Source of the DNA: Candidatus Woesebacteria bacterium
GTDB lineage: Bacteria; Patescibacteriota; Microgenomatia; UBA1400; UBA1396
Length of the DNA: 64,000 bases
Assembly (NCBI GenBank): GCA_021208605.1
Contig: JAJOJK010000018.1
Coordinates: forward strand, 4,780-68,779
Reading direction: 5' to 3'
Of this stretch, positions 41,508 to 50,390 are shown piece by piece. The position numbers and the translations under genes were made by a program. The notes under the pieces were generated by a model. The model worked only from the letters and a program-made list of their open reading frames with translations, made no database searches and was not told where the DNA came from. Position 1 is the first letter of the stretch; each line of letters begins with the position of its first letter.

Positions 41508-44027
41508 TCATAAGCGCGCGGTGCGAGCTTGGTCGATTACTTTGCCCTCGCGGAACCAATTGGGATCACAGGCCGACTTGGGAACCTGGGAAAGTGGCAT
41601 CACTGTTTTCACAATATCTGGACAGCCTGTACAGGGCAGAGTTCCGGTACTGGCACAAATCTCGACCTCTTGGAGTCCAACTGGCAAAGCAAAGTGGTGA
41701 GAACTGCCTTCGATAGCCAGAGTCATTATTTCATTCCAAATGGGCGACGCTCCCGTCACACCCGAAGCCACGGCACTCATCGGTGTGTTGTCATTGTTAC
41801 CGACCCAGGTGACCACAACTCGGTCATTGGTGTACCCGATCGTCCAGTTGTCGCGCAAACTATTGGTTGTTCCAGTTTTTACGGCGACTTCTTGACCAGG
41901 GATATGCAATACAGAGTTCAAGCCAAAGGCTCGCGAGCGAGCCTGATTGTCGCTCAGCACGGAAGTCAACTGATATGCCGCAATTGGCGACAACACTCGC
42001 TCGCCATTACACGGCTGCACCGCACCAACGCATGGATTACGGTACATTTGTTTGCCGGTATAGTCATACACAGTGGTAATTGGATTCAAGGCAACTTTCT
42101 CGCCACCGGTCGCAAACGAGCCATATACACTGGCCATGTCATACATGGTGACCTCATTACTGCCAAGCGTCATGGCTAAGCCGTGTCGACTCGGATCATT
42201 CCAGGTGGTAATACCCAGTTTTTCTCCTAAGTTCACGAAATCATTGATTCCCAGTTCTGCTAATAAACGAACCGCGGGGATGTTGCGCGAGTTTGCCAGT
42301 GCTTCCCGTAACGTGATACGACCGTAGAACTGGCCATCATAGTTTTTGGGCTGATACGGCGGCGCGCCTTGGGTAGTGTATACCACGGGCACATCGTCAA
42401 CAGTGCTCTGCGGAGTCTTCCCTTTCTCGAAGGCGAGAGCGTAGGTGAGCGGTTTGATCGAACTTCCTGGTTGACGAGGTCGAAACACCACATTCACTTG
42501 CCCGTCATTTGCCGAGTCAAAATAGTCGCGGCTTCCGACCATGGCGAGCACTTCACCGGAATTCGGATCGGTCACGAGTGCCGCGCCGTTACTGACCCGT
42601 AGTCGAGCCAACTCGGAGAGTTCCTGAACCACCGCCGCCTCGGCGCTCGCCTGCAAACTGGGATCAAGCGTGGTATGAACCTCCAGGCCTCCTTGACTGA
42701 CCATCTCCTCACCATAGGCAGCCACTAACAGCTCACGCACATACATCACAAAATGAGGCGACTGAATATCGTACTGTCCGGTGCGGAATGCTAATTTTTC
42801 TTGTCTCGCTTTTTCGTATTGCTCCGGGGTAATAACTCCCAAATCTGCCATTTTCTGCAACACCTCTTGCTGTCGATTGGCGGCGCGCTCCGGTTCCGAG
42901 CCAAACGGACTGTAGGCAGTTGGCGCAACAGGCAACCCTGCCAACAAAGCACTCTCTGCAATACTCAAGTCGCGGGCGGATTTGCCAAAGAACCACTGAC
43001 TGGCCTCTTCTACCCCATAAATAGAGCCACCATAGTTCACTTCATTGAGATACATTTCCAAAATCTCTTCTTTGGAGTAGCGTGCATCCACCGCTAACGC
43101 TAGAACAAGTTCTTTTATTTTGCGCTCCCAGGTTCTTTCAGGAGTAAGTAGCGTATTTTTTACCAGTTGTTGCGTAATTGTTGAGCCACCCTGTACCGTG
43201 TCGTTCTGCAAATTGTGCCAAAATGCGCGCCCAATCCCCCGGAACGAAATTCCGACATGTTCGTAAAACTGAGCATCCTCAATAGCAAGCGTGGCGTGCA
43301 CTACATATGGTGAAATTTCATCTAGCGGAACATACGTACGGTTTTCGTCCTTAAAAAATTTATACAGCAAATTGCCGTCACGATCGTAAATGCGTGTCGA
43401 TAATTTGGGAGTATGACTGTCGATCGCTGTCGGTGAAGGCAGATCAATAAAGATCGTTTGGTAGCTCCAATAGGCTCCGCCGACACCCATTCCCACCACT
43501 AATACAAGTCCTACACTCCACAATGGCATACGTAAGGGCGCGGCCAAAGCCATGTGCTCGGTAATTTGCCGCCGACGGAAAACCGCGGAGCGCCACGCAC
43601 CATGCTTCCACCACCAATTTAGTTCAAACCGGAAATGCGCGAAGCGCGAACTTGAGGTCGTGGAAGTGGCCGAGAATTCATACGAAAACAAATCGCTTTC
43701 TGATTTTTGTTCTTCCGATGGTTTCGCTACTCTCTCTGATTGAACGGCGTCTTGTAAATCAGGGTTTTGGGCTGTGAAAAGGTGCGGCCAGGACCACCGT
43801 ACAGTCGGAAGTTGCACGCGCAGGCGTGGAAGAGAGATCTTGGGCAGTACTTTTGTATGCAAAAGTGGCCGGAGTTGTTTGCGCAAGCCAAAAAAAAGAC
43901 GCCTCACGCCGAACTGCACCGCTTCCCATACCGCACCAATGAGTCGTAGACTCACTTTACAGAAAAAGAGAAACGGATATCCTAACCAAAAAAGGCCTGT
44001 GCTTACAAACTGTATAATTTGCATCAC
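41508..44027 (-). CDS. Class A penicillin-binding protein (GT51 + transpeptidase); start uncertain
   Basis: ED..FYEH.G, QGGSTITQQLVKN, RKIKE, SxxK (GSSIK), SRN, KTGT. Confidence 0.95.
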   Translation of the reverse strand: MMQIIQFVSTGLFWLGYPFLFFCKVSLRLIGAVWEAVQFGVRRLFFGLRKQLRPLLHTKVLPKISLPRLRVQLPTVRWSWPHLFTAQNPDLQDAVQSERVAKPSEEQKSESDLFSYEFSATSTTSSSRFAHFRFELNWWWKHGAWRSAVFRRRQITEHMALAAPLRMPLWSVGLVLVVGMGVGGAYWSYQTIFIDLPSPTAIDSHTPKLSTRIYDRDGNLLYKFFKDENRTYVPLDEISPYVVHATLAIEDAQFYEHVGISFRGIGRAFWHNLQNDTVQGGSTITQQLVKNTLLTPERTWERKIKELVLALAVDARYSKEEILEMYLNEVNYGGSIYGVEEASQWFFGKSARDLSIAESALLAGLPVAPTAYSPFGSEPERAANRQQEVLQKMADLGVITPEQYEKARQEKLAFRTGQYDIQSPHFVMYVRELLVAAYGEEMVSQGGLEVHTTLDPSLQASAEAAVVQELSELARLRVSNGAALVTDPNSGEVLAMVGSRDYFDSANDGQVNVVFRPRQPGSSIKPLTYALAFEKGKTPQSTVDDVPVVYTTQGAPPYQPKNYDGQFYGRITLREALANSRNIPAVRLLAELGINDFVNLGEKLGITTWNDPSRHGLAMTLGSNEVTMYDMASVYGSFATGGEKVALNPITTVYDYTGKQMYRNPCVGAVQPCNGERVLSPIAAYQLTSVLSDNQARSRAFGLNSVLHIPGQEVAVKTGTTNSLRDNWTIGYTNDRVVVTWVGNNDNTPMSAVASGVTGASPIWNEIMTLAIEGSSHHFALPVGLQEVEICASTGTLPCTGCPDIVKTVMPLSQVPKSACDPNWFREGKVIDQARTARL

Positions 44028-44146
44028 TGCTGTTGATCTCCTGCCATAGGCTCATCTAAACACACATGTCATACATTCCTCAACTGGAATTTTCTCGATC
44101 AAACAGACTTCCACTTTTGTCTATGAAAGTACAAAATATACTCGAA

Positions 44147-45349
44147 CTAAAATTTTTGCTCGACCACATCCCACAATTCGCGATGAGGCCCTTCGTATCC
44201 AAGCGCCCACACCGCAATTCCACCCAAACCAATTTGGTTCACAAAGTCTAACTTGTAGGAAAACGAACGCGTGTTCTCATAGTAAATGAACTGCGTTTGG
44301 CCATCTTCCTCATACACAATGTATGGCGACAAGGCATCTTCGTCCCACTTCTCTTCAGCGAGTAATTCCGGATCACCGAGCACTTCAAGCACCCGTTTAT
44401 ATGTGGCGGTAGCACCGGTCTGTGGAAACGTGGTCGCTCCAGGTTGATCGGAGGTTGCGGTCCATTCGTAGCCATAAAAAGGAATACCAAGCAGTATTTT
44501 GTGCGCTGGGACTTCCAGTAAAATATCGCGCATATTGCTCACGACGTCGTCTTGCCAGCGTCCGTTTCCTTTGCCAAAAATTGGGGCCACTGGTCCAACG
44601 GTCGAAGATGATCGCACGTGGTAGTCGTAGGACATCACCACTAAATAGTCAGACTGCTCGGCAATACGGCCAACATCCCAGATTTGATACCGCGTCGCCG
44701 CCGAACCGTAGACAGCGACACTAAGTTCAATGTTTTCGTCGACCTCGGCTAAAGCGGTATTCAGATCAGTAATGAACTCAACATACTGCTCCCGCATCTG
44801 GTCCGTTACCGGCCCGGAATACTCCAGGTCCATGACAACTCCTTCAAAGGGGTAACTCGCTAATAATTGTGTAATGGTAAAAATAGCCTTCTCTTGTGCA
44901 GCATCACTGCGCAAAAATGCGGTAATGTCGTCATTATTCAACAAGGTGACTGTAATCTGCATGTGTTGATCGTAGGCATTCGCCCGCTCTACCCATGTCT
45001 CGAAAGACTCACTTTGCAAACGATGGTAGCCCATATCAATTTCCCCACCAGACCGCTCCACAAGAGATCCGGTTCCATCAAACGTCACTGAAAAATAGGC
45101 AATATCGGTGAGAACAGCAGAGTGCGAAGCATCTGTCATTGTCCAGTACGGCAAGAATCCCAGCACTCGTGGCTCAACTTCCGAAGACACTTGACTCTCA
45201 CGCAACTGAATATACCCCAAACGAGAAAGTGGGGTAGCCAGTTTGCGACGCCACTGTCCAGAAAGCACTACCGCGCTTCCACCTAACACTAAGGCGAGTA
45301 ATACAACAGAAAAACTTATATACCAGAGCCAACGCCGCTTACGGAGCAT
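44147..45349 (-). CDS. Membrane-anchored GH18 glycoside hydrolase
   Basis: N-terminal TM, EGVVMDLEY, MSYDY, KILLGIPFYG, GLGGIAVWALG. Confidence 0.88.
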   Translation of the reverse strand: MLRKRRWLWYISFSVVLLALVLGGSAVVLSGQWRRKLATPLSRLGYIQLRESQVSSEVEPRVLGFLPYWTMTDASHSAVLTDIAYFSVTFDGTGSLVERSGGEIDMGYHRLQSESFETWVERANAYDQHMQITVTLLNNDDITAFLRSDAAQEKAIFTITQLLASYPFEGVVMDLEYSGPVTDQMREQYVEFITDLNTALAEVDENIELSVAVYGSAATRYQIWDVGRIAEQSDYLVVMSYDYHVRSSSTVGPVAPIFGKGNGRWQDDVVSNMRDILLEVPAHKILLGIPFYGYEWTATSDQPGATTFPQTGATATYKRVLEVLGDPELLAEEKWDEDALSPYIVYEEDGQTQFIYYENTRSFSYKLDFVNQIGLGGIAVWALGYEGPHRELWDVVEQKF

Positions 45350-45378
45350 AGTTAGGCTCTATTGTATCAGGGGAAAAA

Positions 45379-45627
45379 TTATTTGCTCTGTGATTGCTTC
45401 AGAGTACGAGACATACGCGCTTTACGACGAGCAGCAGTATTCTTGTGCATCAAGTTACGCTTCACGGCTTTGTCTAAGCGGCTGTAGGCCTCTTGTAAAG
45501 CTTCAGCAGAAGGGTTGCTCATGAATTTCTTGACCGCAGTCTTCATCTGAGAACGAACCTGGTTGTTGATAGCTTGCTTGCGCAGAGAAACGCGCAAAGC
45601 TTTTTTGGCGGATGATAGTATTGGCAT
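45379..45627 (-). CDS. rpsT: 30S ribosomal protein S20
   Basis: SAKKALR, LDKAVK..HKNTAARRKAR. Confidence 0.97.
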   Translation of the reverse strand: MPILSSAKKALRVSLRKQAINNQVRSQMKTAVKKFMSNPSAEALQEAYSRLDKAVKRNLMHKNTAARRKARMSRTLKQSQSK

Positions 45628-45757
45628 AGAGGAGAGATTATATCATATATTTTGAGAAGTCCGAAGCAATTTCTTGAGGGACAACCAAAATCTGACCCAC
45701 TGCCCACTCTCCTATTATGCTCTGGACCAAATCGGCGTCTTTCGTCATACTACCCAC

Positions 45758-47437
45758 ATGCAAGCATTCACCCGGTGGCTGCGTCGCCAGAGTTCCTGGA
45801 TTGAGTCGCAACAGGCCTCAATTCTCTCTGCCGCGACGATAATTTTTGTGGCTAACATGGCCTCGACTCTTGCCGGATTAGTGAAGAATCGTGTCCTCTC
45901 CTCGGTCTATTTCACTCCAGAATTCCAAGGTGGAAATCTCCTGGACGCATATTTTGTAGCCTTCCGGGCCCCTGATTTCGCCTTTAACTTGATTATTCTT
46001 GGTTCGCTCTCGGCTGCTTTTGTACCATTGTTTTCTGCCCGTTACGCCAAAAGTGAAAAAGATGCCTTCCGCTTTGCTAACCAAACGATGTACCTCTTAA
46101 TGAGCGTATTTGTACTCGCCAGCATCGCCATCCTGCTTTTCACTGAACCCTTCGTGCATTTCCTCACCGGTGATGGCTTAACGGACCTGCAAGTCACCGA
46201 AGCCATCTCAATGACACGCATTATGGTTCTGGCGCAGCTTTTCTTTGGATTTTCTGGCTTTATCTCCGCCATGCTACAGAGTGTCAAACGCTTTATTATT
46301 CCGGCATTTAGCCCGCTGTTTTACAACTTTGGCATAATCTTTATGACCGTTTTTGCCCATGACTGGCTCGGAATTCAGGCGGCTGCATGGGGAACAGTGC
46401 TCGGCGCCGGCCTGCACATGGCAGTACAAATCCCACTCTTGCTGAAAATCGGCTACCGACCGTTCATCTGGCCAGAATGGAACTGGGCCGATATGCGAGA
46501 GTTCTTTTCGTTGACAGCACCACGCACTCTGGCTCTCGGCGTTTCTCAGCTGAATCTCTGGGTCATTACCTTCTTTGCCACCGCCATTGGTGGCAATGCG
46601 CTGACCATGATTACGTTCGGTCAGATGCTGATGAACATTCCCATTCGCTTTTTTGGCGTCTCCATTGGCCAGGCTGCGCTTCCGTTTCTGTCCGCCGAAC
46701 AACATGACATTGTTGGCTTCCGACGCACGGTGTATCGATCGTTGCGCCAGATATTCTTCTTTGCTGCTCCGGCCTCGGTACTCTTGCTGATTTTGCGTGT
46801 CCCAGCGGTACGTTTAGCCTACGGAACCCAAGAATTCCCCTGGAGAAATACGCTCATCACGGCGCAAGCGGTGGGAATTCTCGCCGTTTCGATTGCCCCA
46901 CAAGCAGCCACACACCTCTTGATGCGGGCTTTTTATGCCTTAAACAACACCGTTACACCGCTCATCGCGGCCGTTCTGTATCTGGTGGGAACGGCGGCCT
47001 TTGGCTGGTACTTTTCCCTCCAAATGGGGATGGGGCTCAATGGCATAGCCTGGGCACTAACACTCGCCGCCACTCTGGAGACATTCTTTTTACTCTTTGC
47101 TCTCATCTGGAGAATCGGCTTAGGCGATGTGCAAAAACTGTTTTGGTCATTACTTCGTATTACGAGCGCCGCCTTTTTGATGGCTGTCACACTCTTTGTT
47201 TTCCAGCGCTTACTCGATCTGTATGTCTTTGAAACTTCACGTACATTGCAATTGCTCCAACTCACCATGAGCGTAGCCTTGATGGGTGGCGCGGTGTACT
47301 TGATACTCTGTTGGCTTTTCCGTATCGAAGAGCTCACCATTTTGGGCACTATTACGCGTAAGATTCGCCAGAGTTGGAAGAAAGTCAGCAAATCGACACC
47401 GGCATTTTTGGAAACTATTTCTGGATCTGAGTCGTAG
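45758..47437 (+). CDS. murJ: Lipid II flippase MurJ
   Basis: DAYFVAFRAPD, GSLSAAFVP, AALP.LS, RAFYA..NT.TP; multi-TM. Confidence 0.93.
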   Translation: MQAFTRWLRRQSSWIESQQASILSAATIIFVANMASTLAGLVKNRVLSSVYFTPEFQGGNLLDAYFVAFRAPDFAFNLIILGSLSAAFVPLFSARYAKSEKDAFRFANQTMYLLMSVFVLASIAILLFTEPFVHFLTGDGLTDLQVTEAISMTRIMVLAQLFFGFSGFISAMLQSVKRFIIPAFSPLFYNFGIIFMTVFAHDWLGIQAAAWGTVLGAGLHMAVQIPLLLKIGYRPFIWPEWNWADMREFFSLTAPRTLALGVSQLNLWVITFFATAIGGNALTMITFGQMLMNIPIRFFGVSIGQAALPFLSAEQHDIVGFRRTVYRSLRQIFFFAAPASVLLLILRVPAVRLAYGTQEFPWRNTLITAQAVGILAVSIAPQAATHLLMRAFYALNNTVTPLIAAVLYLVGTAAFGWYFSLQMGMGLNGIAWALTLAATLETFFLLFALIWRIGLGDVQKLFWSLLRITSAAFLMAVTLFVFQRLLDLYVFETSRTLQLLQLTMSVALMGGAVYLILCWLFRIEELTILGTITRKIRQSWKKVSKSTPAFLETISGSES

Positions 47438-47503
47438 ACTTGAAACGCGTGACCGGCGGGTCCAACCTCTTCACTGTTCTCCATAAAACTTGTTCCCCAA
47501 TCT

Positions 47504-47531
47504 AAAAACGGCCCCGTTTCCGAGGCCGTTT
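47504..47531 (-). terminator. Intrinsic terminator after the pilin array
   Basis: Minus strand AAACGGCCTCG-GAAA-CGGGGCCGTTTTT. Confidence 0.85.
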
Positions 47532-47554
47532 CGTTTTCGATTTTCAGCTTACAA

Positions 47555-47962
47555 TTAGTAAGGCTTAATCTGTTGGAGGGTATCACTGATACCAGAGCCA
47601 AAGATGTTAATACCGAAGAAGTAAGCGATAATTTGCATGATCGCGTAGCTGGAAGCAACGATTGCCAAACCGACTAAAGCGGCCGTAATCTTGTTGCGAG
47701 CAGATTCGGTTTTACCCTTGTCACCACCAGAGGTGATCCATTGGATACCACCAAGAATGAGGTAACCAAACACCAAGATAGCAGAGATCAAAAGAGCGGC
47801 ACCAATCGCGCTAGAAAGCAGACGACCAACGTCGGTAATTTTGATATTAGCTTGATCTTGATCCACCGTAACTTGTGGAACACTTTGTGCGAGGGCGGCA
47901 CCAGCAGCGGTTAAGAAACCAACTACGGAACTCCCTGCGGCGACAAGTTTCTTTTTAGTCAT
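47555..47962 (-). CDS. VirB2/TrbC-like T4SS pilin with signal peptide (probable major pilin)
   Basis: MTKKK + h-region + ALA|Q; GGIQWITSGGDKGKTESARNKITAALVGL; own TGgTATAAT promoter and AAGGAG SD. Confidence 0.85.
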   Translation of the reverse strand: MTKKKLVAAGSSVVGFLTAAGAALAQSVPQVTVDQDQANIKITDVGRLLSSAIGAALLISAILVFGYLILGGIQWITSGGDKGKTESARNKITAALVGLAIVASSYAIMQIIAYFFGINIFGSGISDTLQQIKPY

Positions 47963-48074
47963 ACGACTCCTTGTACTGTTTTCTTTTTTCATTATACCAG
48001 TTTTTCTCAAGTTCTATGGTAGCACAGTCTTTTTTTCTTCGTAAAGACTGAATACCATCTGTGTTCTTCTTTCG

Positions 48075-48653
48075 CTAGCAAGAACTAAAGTCATAGCCAG
48101 GCTTTTCTGCACCCGCTGTTTCGCAGCTACAGGGCTCGTAGTGCGTATAAGGCAACTGAGAAACACCTTGGCCAGGACCAAAGCACTGCACCGTGGCAGC
48201 ACCGGTAGTACAGTATCCGCCGGCTCCGCCGTCGCTGTAAGTGCGACCAATTTCACAACGCACGCCACCGCCGCCTTGAGAGGCTGCGCCAGCTGCTCCT
48301 GCGGCACCACTGCCGCCACCCAACGTGTTTCCACCGCTGTTATCCCCAAGAACATTGATGCCAAAGAAATACTGCACGATAGAAAAGATAGCAAAGACTG
48401 ATACCAAAACTCCTAAGCCAACAATAGATTGAATAATTTTTTCGCGGGCCTTTTCGATCTTGCCTTTATCGCCACCGGAAGTAATCCATTGGACACCTCC
48501 GAGAACCATATAGCCAAAAGCAGCAAGTGCACCCACTAAAATGGCCACTCCAACAAAACTTCCAACAAGGACACCCAGATCCGTCTGAATTGGTGCACCA
48601 CCAATTTGTTGTAAATTCTGAGCGATGTTGACTTCGGCTGTACCTGCAAACAT
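48075..48653 (-). CDS. VirB2/TrbC-like pilin with Gly linker and six-Cys C-terminal domain
   Basis: GGVQWITSGGDKGKIEKAREKIIQSIVGL. Confidence 0.85.
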   Translation of the reverse strand: MFAGTAEVNIAQNLQQIGGAPIQTDLGVLVGSFVGVAILVGALAAFGYMVLGGVQWITSGGDKGKIEKAREKIIQSIVGLGVLVSVFAIFSIVQYFFGINVLGDNSGGNTLGGGSGAAGAAGAASQGGGGVRCEIGRTYSDGGAGGYCTTGAATVQCFGPGQGVSQLPYTHYEPCSCETAGAEKPGYDFSSC

Positions 48654-48661
48654 GATTTCTC

Positions 48662-49111
48662 CTACTGTGTTCTTCCTGGTACTGCCCCACTCATTCCTCC
48701 ACTGCCTGGAGCTGACGGTTGACGCAAAGAACCGGCGCCGGATGAGTTCAGCTGATTAATAAACGTTGGATTCAACAGATCGAGTCCAAAAACAGGACCA
48801 ATAAAGGCCGCCACAGCAACCACAGAGGCTAAAACGGCTAAACCAACAATAGATTGAATAATTCGATCGCGTGCTTTTTCTATCTTGCCACTATCTCCAC
48901 CCGCTGTAATCCAGCCAATGGCTCCTAAAAACATGTAGAGCAAAACAGCCAGTCCACCAAGAATTAAAGCGGTTTGAATCAACAAAGCAATGTATAAGCC
49001 AAGAACAGAGGCTCCACCGGAAGCCGTATCTGGCGCGCTAGAGATTACTTGTTCCACCGCTGGAACAGCTGGATTTGTAATACGCTGGGCGAGTAAAGTC
49101 GATAAAATCAT
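48662..49111 (-). CDS. VirB2/TrbC-like pilin
   Basis: GAIGWITAGGDSGKIEKARDRIIQSIVGL. Confidence 0.85.
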   Translation of the reverse strand: MILSTLLAQRITNPAVPAVEQVISSAPDTASGGASVLGLYIALLIQTALILGGLAVLLYMFLGAIGWITAGGDSGKIEKARDRIIQSIVGLAVLASVVAVAAFIGPVFGLDLLNPTFINQLNSSGAGSLRQPSAPGSGGMSGAVPGRTQ

Positions 49112-49528
49112 TTAGGGTCCTCCTGGGTAGCTAGACGAGCTGGGAATAATTTGTAAGAAGGTTTCGCCAGGGTCCAAAATATTGAGACCGAAGACACCGC
49201 CAACAATGCCAATAATCGCCACCGCCAAAATCATGACGAGCAAACCAATGGCTGCGTTGATCATTTTCTGTTGGGCTTTTTCAACAGCACCCTTGTCGCC
49301 ACCAGCACGGAGCCAGTCGAATCCGGCAATCAATAAGTAGACCACAAAGAAAATGCCGCCGAGAACGGTGATAAAGGCAATAATGTTGGATAGTTGCTCG
49401 GAAAAAAGAGTCACTAATCCTTCACGATCACCGAGGTTGCCAGCTACTTGGTCACCGATGAAGCCAGCGCCGGTAATTGGCTCGTCACCGAGTTGAAGTT
49501 GTTGTCCTTGGGCGAGTAAATTGCTCAT
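49112..49528 (-). CDS. VirB2/TrbC-like pilin
   Basis: AGFDWLRAGGDKGAVEKAQQKMINAAIGL. Confidence 0.85.
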   Translation of the reverse strand: MSNLLAQGQQLQLGDEPITGAGFIGDQVAGNLGDREGLVTLFSEQLSNIIAFITVLGGIFFVVYLLIAGFDWLRAGGDKGAVEKAQQKMINAAIGLLVMILAVAIIGIVGGVFGLNILDPGETFLQIIPSSSSYPGGP

Positions 49529-49535
49529 ATCTATC

Positions 49536-49901
49536 CTAGTTTCCTACACCTTCGATCACTGGTTGCAAGAGGAAGCGGGCGTCACCAAAGAAGAAGAGTC
49601 CAATGAGCGCGGCCAAAAGTGGCGCGGCGACCATGACTAATAATCCAATAAAGGTATTCGTAATTTTCTGACTCATCTCACCGATCTGCTTGGAGTCTCC
49701 AGGAGAAACGATCACCATGAAGCCAGCAGTCAGAATATTAAACAAAGCCCAAATGCCACCGACGATAGTGACCAAAATAATCAAACGGGAAATAAAACCG
49801 GTAATTCCGGCGCCAGCGCCCAAAACACCGTAGCTATTTTCCACCACGGCTGGCGGGGTAATGGTTCCGAATGGATTGTTTTGTGCTAATAGTTTTCCCA
49901 T
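49536..49901 (-). CDS. VirB2/TrbC-like pilin
   Basis: AGFMVIVSPGDSKQIGEMSQKITNTFIGL. Confidence 0.8.
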   Translation of the reverse strand: MGKLLAQNNPFGTITPPAVVENSYGVLGAGAGITGFISRLIILVTIVGGIWALFNILTAGFMVIVSPGDSKQIGEMSQKITNTFIGLLVMVAAPLLAALIGLFFFGDARFLLQPVIEGVGN

Positions 49902-49908
49902 GATCCTC

Positions 49909-50250
49909 CTAGAATATCTTCACTCCGGTGAGCGCGGCAATAATCTGCATTATCCAGAATGAAGCCAACAATAGTATAAACCCGCCAATGGCGTAGAAAA
50001 AGGCTTTCTTGCCTTCTTCGGCTGCTTTTTTGTTATCGGGATTCATAACCATACGAAAACCGGCGGCAAAAATGAAAATGAAAAGCAAAACACCGGCCAA
50101 CACATAGACGTTGGGCAAAAGAATGTTAATTAACGTAGCAGGAGAGTCATAGACCGAAGCAACCGATGGTCCATCTGGACGGAGAAGATACGATTCACCC
50201 AGGTTTACCTGGGCGACTAAAGTTCGGGTGACGGACGTGATTTCGGCCAT
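49909..50250 (-). CDS. VirB2/TrbC-like pilin
   Basis: AGFRMVMNPDNKKAAEEGKKAFFYAIGG. Confidence 0.8.
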   Translation of the reverse strand: MAEITSVTRTLVAQVNLGESYLLRPDGPSVASVYDSPATLINILLPNVYVLAGVLLFIFIFAAGFRMVMNPDNKKAAEEGKKAFFYAIGGFILLLASFWIMQIIAALTGVKIF

Positions 50251-50390
50251 TTCCGCTATTGTAGCACGGCCCTTGAGGAAAAGGGGGAATGTTTTTTCAC
50301 AGTTCGTTTCACAGGGGCTTAGTTTCTGACCAGCAAGCCTGTTGATTTACGAACCTGGTTTTCTGTCTTGAAGGCGATATAATTTGGAGG

